A stretch of 64,000 nt of DNA from Heteronotia binoei (lineage: Eukaryota). The position numbers were made by a program, and so were the translations under genes. The notes beneath the pieces are model-generated. The model ran no database searches. It saw only the letters and a list, made by a program, of their open reading frames with translations, and was not told the origin of the DNA. The first letter of the stretch is position 1. Each line of letters opens with the position of its first letter. The stretch is taken from the NCBI RefSeq assembly GCF_032191835.1, contig NC_083231.1, positions 26,722,001-26,786,000 of the forward strand, given 5' to 3'. Positions 23,191-36,039 of the stretch are shown one piece after another.

Positions 23191-24871
23191 TGTGGCTCAC
23201 CAAGCTAGGAACTTGCCCAGTGTCACCTGTTGAGCTTCGTGATTATGTAAGCATTTGAAGTAATGAAAGCAGATGTGATGGTTGAGGGAGGGGTGGAGAA
23301 AAGGAGAAATGAAAGAGAGACAAGGAGCAGTGTTTGCCCTTCGTATGAACAGCTAACTGTGGAGAAAAATACCCAAAGAAAGGCTTGTTATATTGCCTCA
23401 GATATAGTTCTAGTTTATCCCTTTTTACATAATCCTTTGTTGACAGCCGGAGCCAGTAATTTTGCCAGCCAACTGGAAGTTTGGTACAGGAGAAGTGTGA
23501 TAACTTTCCAAGCCAGGAGTGTGGTTGTCTTGGTAACTAATGTGACTCTGTGAATCCCTGTTTGTTGTTGTTCAGTGAAGGCTTAGTGGCAGGTAACCCA
23601 GCACCAGCTGTATTGCCAGGCCCAAAGCCAAGATGATTTGTCTAGCTGTCTCCTCCTGTAGAGAGGTAGTGATATTCTGTTCTCAAAGCAGACCAGATGC
23701 TAGATTGGCCTCCAGTACACCAAAATGGTTGGAGCAATTTATTTATTTGTTTATTTAATTAAATTTATATCATGCCCTCCCCTAACAGGCAATGGGATAT
23801 GCCTGGTATAGCTAGGTGATTAGGTGTCATGTTTTGTCAAAGGATCTTCAGTCATTGATCAAGGGTAACTTTTACATCTAACCCAGTAGGTTCCTCAGAA
23901 GGAGGTGCCAGTTACCACACTTATAGACATGGTTTACAACCAATGAGAGATGGTTTTGAGGGTTGGGGTAGGATTTGGATGCAAAGCGTGGGGACACAGA
24001 GATAGAAATGCTACAGTTAATAAAATGCCCCGTGGTTTCCACTTTGCCCACTGGGTTTGGCTGGCACTTGTCAGCAGCAGCAGAACAAAAAAAGATGGCA
24101 GGCTATGGTAGATCTGGCTATGATTCATGGTGTGCCCTGTAGTCTTGGTAGTACATGGGCACTGCTTTGCACTGTAGATAACAGATGAGTATTCCCAGAT
24201 ATACAAATCTGTTGCTTGTAGTTGATCGGCAATTCTGCCTTCTAAAACCCATTCCTGTCTCTTCCAGTTTCTCGCCTTTCACCCATGAGAACTCCCTTTC
24301 TCATCTGTCAGATGTGCGTGCATTACCTCATACTTAGGTTCGTGAAACTGTCACTTAATTCTGTGCTGCTTTGGTTCCCCAGACTTTCTTCCCCCTCCAG
24401 TATTGCCTCTGTTTCTCTGCCAGCTGAGCATCTGGCTCCTCTCCAGTGCTGGATCAGCAAAATGCCAGGTTTTCTTGTAAAATAGTGACAGCTGCCCATC
24501 TGATCCATCTCTCCAAAGCAGGATTCTCAGGCAATGTGATAATTTCCCCCTTCATTCTTGTGCTCTGCCAGGGAGAAATAGATGAGTCGTGAAGGTTTCC
24601 TGAGCTTGAATCTATATTTGGTCTTGCAAATTCCAGACTTTGCCTGTTTGTTTTGGCACAGCCGGCCGGTGGCGCTTCCTCTCAGAGCCTGGACTGTGGA
24701 AGCGTGTGCAAACAGAGACACACACACATGCTTTCTGTGCTACAGCAATGAAGAAAGGAGGTTTTTTTTTTCTCTTTCCCACCCATGCAGTTTAACCTAA
24801 ATCAGGCAGAATTGTTATTTGTACTTGATGGTCCCAGACCATAAGCAAATCTTTTTATAATGAAGGCAACA

Positions 24872-25085
24872 CCTTGACCTGGATAGCTCAGGCAAGTTCA
24901 GTCTCATCAGATCTCGGAAGCTAAGCAGGGTCAACTCTGGCAAATACTTGAATGGGAGACCTCCTTGGAGTACCAGCAGTCAGGAGGCAGGGGCAGGCTT
25001 TATTCAGCCACCTCCTTGAATATCCTCCAGGCCCCCAGTGGGGGTCAGTCACTTCCAGGTATGCGCACACACGAACACGCATATA
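24872..25085 (+). mobile_element. 5S rRNA-derived SINE, second tail type
   Basis: CAGATCTCGGAAGCTAAGCAGGGTC..TACTTGAATGGGAGACC; 3' part shared with 32085-32225. Confidence 0.8.
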
Positions 25086-25244
25086 TAAATACAAAAATAA
25101 AAAAAATGGAGTTAAAGTCTGAGCCAAAGGAAGCTCTTTGTTGTCCCATTTATTTCAGTGCGGTCAATAGACACACGTGCGTAATGGTGGACTTCTAGGC
25201 AAGAGTTAACTAAGTCAACTGACTTCAGGAAGGAAGACAAATTG

Positions 25245-25533
25245 ATGATGATGATGATGATATTGGATTTGTACTCTGCCCTTCACTCTGAATTTCAAAG
25301 TCTCAGAGTGACTTACAATCTCCTCTATCTTTCTCCCCCACAACAGACATCCTGTGAGGTAGGTGGGGCTGAGAGAGTTCTCACAGAAGTTGCCCTTTCA
25401 AGGACACCTCTGTGAGAGCTATGGTTGACCCAAGGCCATTCCAGCAGCTGCAAGTGCAGGAGTGGGGAATCAAACCTGGTTCTTCCAGGTAAGAGTCTGC
25501 AGTGCACACTTAACCACTACACCAAACTGGCTC
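25245..25533 (-). mobile_element. tRNA-head SINE, long form
   Basis: Full-length copy with (ATC)n tail. Confidence 0.9.
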
Positions 25534-25714
25534 TGGGGGGAGGGGGAAGGGGGAGTCTGGGAACTCTAGTTCTATGGCAAAGCAAGGATTGGAGGCTGGG
25601 GCTCCCAGATCCTTGTTTGACCCTCTTTATACCACACTTTACTCCAATATTGTATACTCTGAATGGCAGCACTTTCTCAGGTAGTAGAGAACTTTCCCAG
25701 CCCTTCTCCTGGAG

Positions 25715-25880
25715 ACCCAGTAGGGTGTAGTGGTCAGAATGTCCGACTGGGATCTGGGAGACCCAGGTTCGAATTCCTGCTCTGCCACAGAAGCTTGTTG
25801 GGTGACTGGCTGGTCACACCCTCTCTCAGCCTTATCTAACTCACCGTGTTGTTGTGAAGATAAAATGAAGGAGAGGACAG
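25715..25880 (+). mobile_element. Squam3/MIR-like short SINE
   Basis: GGTGTAGTGGTCAGAATG..GGTTCGAATTCC (A and B boxes), GTTGTTGTGAAGATAAAATG tail. Confidence 0.75.
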
Positions 25881-25884
25881 CCAT

Positions 25885-26360
25885 CTTAATACTGGCGGTA
25901 CTAAGATATTTAATTTATCTCATGAACATAATACATAAATAGAGGGTCATAACTCCAACAATAATACAGCCAGAGGCCACAGTTCAGCAGTTGGTACGAG
26001 TTCAGCTAGTTAACATTACATAGCACAGGTTGTAACTCAGACCCTTGACCCAACTCAAGCACATGAATAATGAAGTGCTGGGGGAAGGTTTCAGAAGACG
26101 CCCGATAGATTAAAAGCTCCGTCTTACACGCCCTCTGAAACTTAGGTAAGCCCCGCAGGGCCCGGATCTCCAACAGGAGCTCATTCCACCAGGTAGGGGC
26201 CCGGATTGAGAAGGCCCTGGTCCTCGTTGAGGCCAACCAGGCATCCTTAGGACCAGGGTTCACAAGACGATATTGTGTAGATGATCTCAAAGCTGGGAGG
26301 GGGGCTCATATGGGGAGAGGCAGTCCCAAAGATATGCAGGCCCCAGGCTGTATAGGGCCT
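25885..26360 (-). mobile_element. L2 LINE 3' fragment
   Basis: ORF 26006-26290: ASTRTRAFSIRAPTWWNEL..IRAL..F.RACKT matches the L2 ORF2 C-terminus in this window. Confidence 0.85.
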
Positions 26361-26834
26361 TCATATCTGTGTGTGAAGCATGTGATTTACTAATGAACTA
26401 TGGCTTCTGCTTATCCCTGGCTGAGGGAAATAGGCAAGCTTGGGGCTCAGTAATGTGTTATTCCTTTTTGACGTTCAGTAATGTAATATATTTTATCAAA
26501 AGACTTAAAACCGATATGAACTAAGCAATATGTAGAGGTTTTTTTCCCTAGAAAAAGTTATAAATGTTATTTTAAAATTACTATAGTGGATTGTTTAAAT
26601 TAAATTGTTTGCTTAAAATTGGTGTGATTAAAAAAAGAATATTGATATTTTGAGAAATTTATGTGAGTTGAGATGATATTCTATTCCTGATCTGTGTATC
26701 TTTTACATTTATTTTATATATTAGAATTGTGTCCTCAGTAAATGGAAAATGTAAAAGCTTCTGATAAATAATGCTTACTGACTTTTTGTTACCCCTTTCG
26801 GTTCTGTACCCCTTAATTATATAACAAATATTTC

Positions 26835-27005
26835 CAGGGGTGGAATTCTAGCAGGAGCTCCTTTGCATATTAGGCCACACACCCCTGATGTAGCCAATCC
26901 TCCAAGAGTTTACAAGGCTCTTTTTTGTAAGCTCCTGGAGGATTAGCTACATCAGGGGCGTGTGGCCTAATATGCAAAGGAGCTCCTGCTAGAATTTCAC
27001 CCCCG
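26835..27005. mobile_element. Palindromic MITE M4 (CAGGGGTGGAATTC termini)
   Basis: Near-perfect ~170-bp palindrome. Confidence 0.9.
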
Positions 27006-27479
27006 AATACATGTATATTAAAGGGGAGGGGTGTTTGTTGTTTTTCTAACCATGAAACAGGCCTGGACTTTTGTTCTCATTGTGCTGCTACAGACAAACT
27101 TGCTGATGCATCTGGAATTTTCTGACAATGATTGCTTGAAGAAATGCAAATTGGGCTGAGTTATGGTGACCCACCTGGGAGGAGAGAAGGTGGTTTTAAA
27201 GCCTGGTGCTTCCTGATTGAGGTCTTGGCTATTTGGGCCAAGTGTTTGAGTAACAGGATGCTGGACGGGTGGACCTTTTGTCTGATCCAACAGATGTTGT
27301 CGTATGGTTTTTAAGTTTCTTTGTAATGACTGGCATGAAACTTCACCATCCCTGACCTGCAAATTGAGATGCTTTAAGCCCCTTTCATTAATTTTCTGCT
27401 CCATCATGTCTGAAGCTGCAATTCAGTGAACTAATGAACCCCTTGCATAAAACATCTTTGGTGGGCTTCCGGTATGCCA

Positions 27480-27725
27480 TGTTGAGAGTGCGTGTAAGGG
27501 CTAAGAGCTTGATCTTTGAACCATGGGGTACCTGGTTCAAATCTCATTGCTTCAGTGAGGTCATTGAGGTCTGCTCTCTCTCTCTCTTTCACCTTCAGCT
27601 CCCCGATATAATTAAACCTGCAACCTGGGAATTGCAAGCATCATCTGCCATAAAGGGTAGTTATAAAGGTCAGTGAGATAATGTGGGCAAAGAACTTGGG
27701 ACACTCCAAGTGCTGCTTATTATTG
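27480..27725 (+). mobile_element. Ancient MIR/CORE-SINE
   Basis: GGTTCAAATCTC B-box; tail CATAAAGGGTAGTT..GAGATAATGT..AAAG..AAGTGCT..TTATTATT resembles the MIR 3' end. Confidence 0.55.
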
Positions 27726-27889
27726 TGAGGATTGAACTGATGTGCCAGTTTTTACGAACTGAACAAATGGGGTTGTTTCCAAGGCTTTTGTTGACAAGAG
27801 AAATTTTAAGCTTGTCAGAGTTTTAGTTGGTTTAATAGATTAACTGGTTAAAAGGCACACATTTCCATATGACATAGTTCTATAGATAA

Positions 27890-27955
27890 AAGTTTGAATT
27901 CATTGGCGCCTTTAAGACCAAGAAAGCTTTATTCAAGGTGTAAGCTTCCGTGTGT
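27890..27955 (-). mobile_element. Hammerhead-family short element, partial
   Basis: Minus strand CACACGGAAGCTTACACCTTGAATAAAG..GGTCTTAAAGG matches 57183-57245. Confidence 0.65.
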
Positions 27956-28084
27956 GAGCATCTGTAAATATTTATAGATGAGGTCTGCCGTTGTTATGGC
28001 CTGTTCATTCTCTCTCTCATGCACACAGGAAGAAACACCTCTTCTAGGATGGTGGTTGCCTGCTGCACTTTTTATAAGTGTGTG

Positions 28085-28530
28085 CAGGGCTGGCTCGCAC
28101 ACCCTGCAAACTAGGCAGTTGCCTAGGGCGCCGGGAGGGTGGGGGCACCGAATTGGGCTCCCCCCCTCCCGGTGCCCCAGGTAAGCAACTAGTTTGCCTG
28201 CCTGCCTCTGCCCACTGCTGCCGCCCACCCCTCCTTTCCCTTCTTGTTCCTTTGCCTCCCCCCCTGTGTGATCACAGCGTGCCGGCCATGACGTGCGTGC
28301 TTCTGAAGGACGCGCTGGAGAAGGCTTGGCTCCCCCTCCCCCTACAGCGGTGTGCTGTGATTGTGCGTGGGGGGGGCGACTGGAAGGAAAGGGGGGCAAG
28401 CAGCGACAGGGGGAGAGGGAGTGTGGTAGTGGGGTGCAACGGAGGGGGGTGCAATGTCTGGGGGGGGTGATGGAGCTCGGCACTGCATTGCAGCACTGTG
28501 GTGATGGCGGTTTTTAATATTGAAAAACCT
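28085..28530 (+). mobile_element. GC-rich hAT-like non-autonomous element, partial
   Basis: Starts CAGGGCTGGCTC..CTAGGCAGTTGCCTAGGGCGCC; right TIR not found. Confidence 0.45.
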
Positions 28531-29760
28531 GCTGCTTGATTGATATGAGGCATCTTTGTAGTCCGTTCAAGTGTTCTAAAGGGGTTTCAGAGAGAAAGAA
28601 TTTGGCCGTGTGCTGGAGTCCTGCCCCTGGAATACTGGAATTCCTCAGCATTTATCAGGCATAGTTCACAGTTGCTTTCAAGCTTATCTTCGTAACGCTC
28701 CAGGCTTGAAAACTGACTTATTAAAGCTGATCTCCTGAGGCAGCTGTCTCTATGATGCTTGCTTCCTTCAGGTTTACAGCAAGAATAGGTCAATGATTGC
28801 AAAACGCTTTGGAGGTGAACAGCTGATTCTGTGTATGTCTACTCAGAGGGCTCCTGCTCTCTTGGCTTTCTGCAAACCGTGCAAAATTGAATTATTCAAG
28901 AGGACCTTTTCTGTACAGGCAATAGGGGAGCACTGTTACAAAAACTTCCTAAAGTTACTTGGATAAATTATTGCGGACTGCAGTCTGCACTACTGTGTAT
29001 TGTTTGCTGTGGGTTGGCTCCTGTTGTGTAATTCTGCATCATTTCCTGTGTCATGTTAACACTTTTCCCTTTCTTTAGTTCTGTTTTTTAAACTGGATCT
29101 ACAACCCAAATCCTATTTCCCTTGTTTGTTGAATGTTCCATCTTGTTGATTGTGTACTCACTCTGTGTAATCCACCTTGGATCAGTCTGAAAAGCAGACT
29201 ATAGATAATGCAAATAAATAAGTAGGTTTCACTGTATTCAGATGAAATTAATGAGTCAAATCAGCATAAATCAGACAAATATGCTTCTTGCTCAGATGCC
29301 ACCCACCTTGTTTCAGGGAGTACTATCTTTAAAAACTTATTTTGTAGCCTTCCAACAAATAAATCATACAAAATGGAATACAAACTTTTGACTGTCTAAA
29401 ATGAACATGATAGCATATCAACAATTTAACTTAAATGCAAAACAGGCTGATTGTATTTAGTTAAATTTAGTCGTGTAGTAGATTTGATTTTATTCGTCGT
29501 CTTTAGTTTTATACATACAAACTAGTCATCTAATATATATAATAATAACAATGTGTTAGTTATAAAATGAGGATATTAATTGGGTAGGAGTGATTGAAAT
29601 ATTTTTTGTTATTAGACATGAATTCCAAAACAGGGAACCATTGCTCCACAACATTTGAGAAATATGGTCCAGAGTATGTATGCAGTGTTTGGTCTAGTAT
29701 CTTCACCATTATATAGAAGTCCCATATTCTTTAATACCATGAGGAGAATGAAGGACGATT

Positions 29761-30510
29761 CATCCAAGCCATGTTGGATCAAGACAGTGGTCCATCCAAT
29801 CAAACACTCTGTGTCACAGAGTGGCCAAAAAAACCAGGTGCCACCAGGAGGTCCAACAGTGAGATCAGGACACTAGAAACCCTGCCACTGTTGCCCTCCC
29901 CTCCCACAAGCACCAAGAATACGAAGCATCACTGCCCCAGACAGAGAGTTTCAACAATATGCTGTGGCTAATGGCCACTGATGAACCCCTGCTCTATATG
30001 TTTATCCAATCCCCTCTTGGCTATGCTTGCAGCCACCACCATCTCCTGTGGCAGTGAATTCCATGTGTTAATCACCCTTTGGGTGAAGAAGTACTTCCTT
30101 TTATCTGTTCTAACCTGACTGCTCAGCAATTTCATTGAGTGTCCACGAGTTCTTGTATTGTGAGAAAGGGAGAAAAGTACTTCTTTCTCTACCTTCTCTA
30201 TCCCATGCATAATCTTGTAAACCTCTATCATGTCACTCCTCAGTTGACGTTTCTCCAAGCTAAAAAGCCCCAACCTTTTTTCATAGGGAAAGTGTTCCAA
30301 CCCTTTAATCATTCTAGTTGCTCTTTTCTGGACTTTTTCCAATGCTATAATATCTTTTTTGAGGTGTGATGACCTGAATTGTACACAGTACTCCAAATGA
30401 GGCTGCACCATTGATTTATATAGGGGCATTATGATACTGGCTGATATGTTTTCAATTCCCTTCTTAATAATTCCCAGCATAGCTTTGGCCTTTTTTATTG
30501 CAGTCTCAGA
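29761..30510 (-). mobile_element. CR1-A LINE 3' part with RT C-terminal ORF (29968-30480)
   Basis: LYKSMVQPHLEYCVQF..LEKVQKRATRMIKGLE..LGLFSLEKR.LR.DMIEVYKIM..RTRGHSMKL..FFTQRVINTWNSLP. Confidence 0.95.
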
Positions 30511-31185
30511 CTGTCCAAATATTACGAAGTTTCAATAAATATTTATTTAAGTTTCAAAAAGTTTTATTGAGAAAACAACTATCAATTACAATAAATGCAT
30601 ACAAGAAAAGTCAAACAGTTGCTGCTTGAAGTAAAATACTATGTAATGGAACATAAAACATTAACTGGATCTAGACTAGAATTATATTGCTGCTAATGCT
30701 AATTCCTTTTTTATTGCGGTCTCAGTCTATCCAAATATTATGAAGTTTCAATAAATATTTATAACCGTATCCAAGTAGTCGCCATTGTCATAATATTGCA
30801 CGCGATCAAAGTACAGTCTGCAAAGTTTAAAATGTTCAATTTGCAAAGTCCTTAGAAAGCAACAGTGCTTCTTTCATCCAGTTCTTATTGAAGTGCTTGT
30901 GCTGGGAAAATCAGTGCTCATTAATAACTTGAACACACTCCCAACTTAAAAAATCGACGTTTCCATACCACCCCGAATGGAACTTGTCAGCCTTGAATTC
31001 CATTTCCAAAACCTTTCTCAAAGAGGGGATTGAACATTGTTCCTGTGTTGCCATTTCTTTCAATCCAGCGACAAATATCACAAAGTTTCACAAGCACAGC
31101 CTTCAGAGATACTAATTTTTATGGATTTGTCTTATTTGCCATCCTCTGTGTAGCTGCAGTTTCCCTATTAAATTTTTTTTTATAG

Positions 31186-31452
31186 CCAGTTTGGTGCAGT
31201 GGTGAAGTGTGCGGGCTCTTATTTGGGAGATCCAGGTTTGGTTCCCCACTCCTCCACATGCACCTGCTGATATGACCTTGAGTCAGTCACAAATTCTTGC
31301 AGAGCTGTTCCTCTCAACAGCAGTTTCTATCAGAGCTCTCTCAGCTCCACCTACTTCACAGGGTGTCTGTTGTGGGGAGGGGAAGGGGAAGGGGAAAGGA
31401 AGAGAGTAAGCTTCAGGTAGTGAAAGGCAGGATATAAATCCAATCTCTTCTA
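31186..31452 (+). mobile_element. tRNA-head SINE, long form
   Basis: GCCAGTTTGGTGCAGTGGTGAAG head; GGATATAAATCCAAT tail. Confidence 0.9.
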
Positions 31453-31647
31453 TTAGTTTACAATCACGTCTCCTCTTATTGGTGAAATATTTCAAGGGAG
31501 TACTGTCTTAAAGGTGGTCCATCCTTGTTGAGTTCAGTGCAAGTTATTTGTTTGGACTACTAAAACACTTCCTGGCCTGGGTCCGCAGACCAGCCCTTCC
31601 CATATAACTTGTGCAGTAGCTGTGTGCTTCTCAGATGTGTTTTATAG

Positions 31648-31862
31648 GTAGGTTTGCCAGCTCTGGGTTGGGAAATACCTTGAAGATTTTGGGGCTGGAA
31701 CCTGGGCAGGGTGGAGTTCAGGGAGAGACCTCTACAAGGTATAATGCCATGGAGTTGACCCTCCAAAGTAGCCATTTTCTCTGGGGGAATTGATCTTGGT
31801 CACCTGGAGATCAATTATAATAGCAGGAGATCTCCAGGTGCCTTGTGGAGATTGGCAACTCA
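31648..31862 (+). mobile_element. MITE M6
   Basis: TAGGTTTGCCAGC...TTGGCAACT ends. Confidence 0.8.
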
Positions 31863-32084
31863 ACTTATAGGACAGTGGCTGTTGTGTATGCCCGATCCTG
31901 GGATTTCACTGGGGCCACCTTCCCACATAGAACTGTTGGCTGGAAAGCGACCACGTAACCTTTATGTTGTTTTGAAAGTGGTACCAGGTAAAATTATAAG
32001 GGGACTTGTAGAAAAGAGCACCTTAAGAACAAACAAAATTTGGGGCAGGATATGAACTTTTTGGTGGGTATTTTGTATATTTGT

Positions 32085-32225
32085 GTGTGCATGTTTGCAC
32101 CTGGAAGTCATGTCAACCTCTGGTGACTGACCCCTACTGGGGGCCTGGAGGATATTTAGAGAAGTGGCTGAATAGAGCCTGCCTCCGCCTCCTGCCTGGG
32201 TATTTCAAGGAAGTCTCCCAGCAGG
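32085..32225 (-). mobile_element. 5S-SINE second tail type, partial
   Basis: Reverse complement of 24950-25085. Confidence 0.65.
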
Positions 32226-33350
32226 ATATGAGCTTTTGTGAGTCACTGCTCTCTTCCTCTGATATCTTTGTAGCCAGAGGAGCTTTCGCAAGTGGTTGAT
32301 TTGAAGACAATTCAGACGACTGGGTTTTTTGTGCGTTCTGAATGATTGTTTTTAATTTATTATGCAGACTGCTTTCAGTCCAGTCAGAAAGCTGGGATAA
32401 AAGCTTTTTAAAGTAAACAAACATATTATTACCCCTAATTAACTCTAGCATGTTTTTTTCTCTCTTTAAATTTTAATATTATAGTTATCCTTTGAGGTCC
32501 TCAAAGGAAGGGGATGGTCTGCATACAATAAATAAAATCGTACTATTTTAGGGGAATACATGTATAATTAAATGCAAAGTGTTATTGCTGCAGCCGCAAG
32601 AGAAATGGTGAGTTGGGGGGGGAAAGCATCTTTTGAAAAATAACCTGCCTTCAGAAACGAAATCTCTCCACTCATTGTAATAAGTGTTCTTTAAACTTGT
32701 TCCCTCCAGGCTTTTGGGGTTTGTTGTACTGTATAATTTTGGGTTGCTGTTCCAGCCGGGAATGTGAACCTATGCTAAGATGTTTATCAGTGACTGAAAG
32801 CAGCCTGAATAGTTTTGAAACACGTTTTATGAAAATGAGCATCAGTCTTGTGATCTTCAGTGACCACACATGCATTTTTAAAGGCTGGCGATTATGCCCG
32901 AAGGCTCATAGAATCCTAACATCCTACTTTTCCTTTTCACGGAGCCGCAAATGCATTCTGAAGCGATATAATGTGTTTCTTTCTGGTCACTGCAGCAATA
33001 AGGTTCGATGGAATGCATGCCGTCTGTACATTTTCTATGGTGTCTTTAACTGTTTTGGTAGGCCACAAAATGTCAGATTAATACAGTGTTCATATAATTT
33101 CATGATATCACCTCCTCCTTCATTTCTTCCTTTGCGTTTGTCTCACAGCTGCCAAAATATAGATCTGATAGTCTTTCCAAAGCACAAGCGGGCATATAGT
33201 GGGAAGCTCACCTAGGACTTAACGATGTAGAGCCTGTATTGGAGCATGTTCCCTGGCTGCCAATTTGTTCTTGAGTTCAGAGAACAAAGTACTTGTGCCT
33301 GTGTTTAAAATTCTGTCAAGTTCTAGACAATTTACAGTGACTTTTTAGAG

Positions 33351-33693
33351 CAGGGGTCCTCAAACTTTTTAAATAGGGGGTCAGTTCACTGTCCCTCAGA
33401 CTGTTGGAGGGCCGGACTGCCGTTACTGTACAAGGCCGTGGGCCGTCAGTTCTCCGTCTTCTGCATCTCTCTCCCTTCCCCACACCACACACCCCGGCCT
33501 GGGAACTCACCTCAGCTCGGTATCACCTCACACTCTGTCTCCGCCGCCTCAGCCCAGTGCCGGAAGTGTGCGATGCTAACGCGAGTTTAGGTCGAACGTC
33601 ACTTCCGGTCTGATTTTGCCATAACCCGGCGGGCCGCATAAATGTCCTCAGCGGGCCGCATCTGGCCCGCGGGCCGTAGTTTGAGGACCCCTG
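33351..33693. mobile_element. hAT MITE M2
   Basis: Perfect 16-bp TIR CAGGGGTCCTCAAACT; TSD TTTTAGAG/CTTTAGAG; repeated GGGCCG subterminal motifs. Confidence 0.95.
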
Positions 33694-33724
33694 CTTTAGA
33701 GTTTTGAAGGCAGGATTCATACAG

Positions 33725-33826
33725 ATGTGGCTGGTTGTTGCCTGCCTCTGTGTAGTGATCCTGGACTTCTGTGGCGGTCTCCCCTCCAAGTACTAACTAG
33801 GGCTGATTCTGCTTAGTTTTCAAGAT
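33725..33826 (-). mobile_element. 5S-derived SINE, partial
   Basis: GGTCTCCCCTCCAAGTACTAAC..CTGCTTAGTTT is the reverse complement of the 5S internal control region. Confidence 0.7.
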
Positions 33827-33835
33827 GGTTGGGAC

Positions 33836-34049
33836 CAGTGTTCCCCCAAAGCTGAGTTAGTGTGAGCTGGCTCACAATTTTATAGCCTCCAGCTCACACA
33901 TTTTTGTCTCAGCTCAGGAAAAATGGCCCTAGAGCAAACTAATTTATGCAGCAGCTCACAACTTTAATGCCAGTAGCTCAGCTTTAATGCCAGTAGCTCA
34001 CAAAGTAGAATTTTTGCTCACAAGACTCCACAGCTTAGAGGGAAAATTG
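33836..34049. mobile_element. hAT MITE M3
   Basis: Perfect TSD GTTGGGAC; internal ~21-bp tandem duplication. Confidence 0.95.
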
Positions 34050-34819
34050 GTTGGGACGTGTTTGCTTGAAGTCAACCTGAGCAATCGCTAGTCTGTTTTA
34101 CAGCTTCTGCTGAACACCTCCTGCAGTAGATTAGTAAGAACGGCCTAACACTGACTTGGGCTTTCTCTGCAATCATCCCTATGCTGTGGAATGGATACCT
34201 CCTTGCTAATTTTGAGGCAGAAGTATATATTAAACTTTCCAGATGGGCGTTTTTGGTTTGGGAAACTGTTTATTAAGAGATTAATACCATATATTAGTGG
34301 GGATGTTTACTGTAATATTACCTGATATAATTTTGTGTCTTTGACTTTTTTTTTTACTTTTGAATCCCTTGTTGGAGGAATGTAAAGGCTGTTAACTTTT
34401 AAATAAATGACAGAGGCATCCATCAGAATGTTTATGATGCAAATTTTCATCATTTGGTGCGTTCAGTGGCACATAGCTGTTCAAAGGCCAGCATGCCAAC
34501 AGTACAGAGCAAAGTGTGAAGCAACTTTTTTTGTGTGCACAATGTCATCCCGCCGGCTCTGCTGTACGTCGGCCACTCTAGGCATTTCCAGGAAAACTCT
34601 ATGGTTTTCCCGGACGCTCTAGCAATGTGGGAGGTAAAAACTCTGTGGTACCTATTGTACCATAGTCTCCTCTCCCAAATTACTAGGGTGTCCAGGAAAA
34701 CCATAGAGTTTCCCCCGGAATGCCTTGAGCGGCCGGCGCTGGTGGCGCAATGACATCACTTCCGGGTGATGTAATTGTGCTGACGACGTCGGGGGAGGTT
34801 CCCCCTGCTGGCCCAGTGT

Positions 34820-34942
34820 GGTGTTTTGCCATGACCTGCTTCCATGTCACACCCCTGGAGGTCTCCCATCCAAGTATTAGCCAGAGCTGACCCTGCTTAG
34901 CTTCTGAGATCTGATGAAATTGTGCTATCCAGGTCAGGGCTG
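34820..34942 (-). mobile_element. 5S-derived SINE
   Basis: Minus strand CCCTGACCTGGATAGC..CAGATCTCAGAAGCTAAGCAGGGTC..TACTTGGATGGGAGACC. Confidence 0.8.
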
Positions 34943-35562
34943 AGAATAAGAAACTACTTTTGTTCAAAATATGGCCAGTATTGAGATTACAGTCCACTGC
35001 ATATAAATCAAAACGGATTTGTCTTTGTTTGCGGCCACCAGAGCAAAACTGGTTACAGTTCACCTAATTTCCTTGTTTTCTCTAGACAACATTGTCTGCT
35101 GATTTGGCCAGGGCCCAAGCTTTTTTGAAACTGACAAAGGAACTCATTCCACTCTGAAACATGGCACTGAAATATACGATGCGGAAGGTCTTCAGCCGCC
35201 AATGTTCCCTCTAACTCCACCCCCCACACAGACACACTGAGCCGAGCTGTTCACATCGTGAGCAGAACATAACTGTTGAAACCTTCAAATGCTAACCGAA
35301 CACAAGGCACCACAGTCTCCAAGCTGGACAAAAACAATGAAAAGACCCTGCAGTTTTCAGCAAACGTATATGTATATTACAGTGTAGAATAATCAAACAA
35401 TATAGATGAAGTAACAGTCCATGAATGATGAACACTTAACCACTACACCAAGAGGCAGCAGGTGTGCCTAAGGTTTCCTTGATAACTCACAAGACTACTG
35501 ATTTTTGTGAGACTTCAAGCAAGTTTGAGCATGGGCAGTCTACTGTAAGGGACTCCTAAAGC

Positions 35563-35800
35563 GAGCCAGCTTGGTGTAGTGGTTAAGAGTGGTGGACTCT
35601 AATCTGGAGAACTGGGTTTGATTCCTCACTCCTCCACATTTGGCTGCAGGGTCAGTCACAGTTCTCTCAAGAGCAGTTCTCGAAAGGGTTGCTCTCAGCC
35701 CCACCTGGACCTCATAGGGTGTCTGTTGTGGGGAGAGGAAGGGAAAGAGATTGTTAGCCTCTCTGAGTGAAGGGTAGGGTATAAATCCAATCTATCTTCC
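35563..35800 (+). mobile_element. tRNA-head SINE, long form
   Basis: GCCAGCTTGGTGTAGTGGTTAAG head. Confidence 0.9.
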
Positions 35801-36039
35801 TCCTCCTCACTGGTGCAGCCCTCTTTTTTTAAAAGCAGGTCAGTGAGGTGTGGCTAGGCTGTCTTTCCAGATTGTGCAGGAGAGACTCAGCAGAGACGAG
35901 GGGGAGAAACCAGATGCAGTAGGCCCCTCCTCCCCAGCTCTGCATTCAGGCAGGACAGAAAAGGGTGTAATGGACAAGGGAGCTGTGGAGGGCAGGGATG
36001 GGGTGCCCCTGAACCCCACAGTGTTATACTGAAGGACTA

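Noticed and set aside
30770-31160. Possible retrocopy or transposase remnant on the minus strand
   Set aside because: Short reading stretches with several stops and no motif I recognise
32697-33215. 172-aa ORF in unique sequence
   Set aside because: TTG start, no recognisable domain, no splice context; composition typical of a chance ORF
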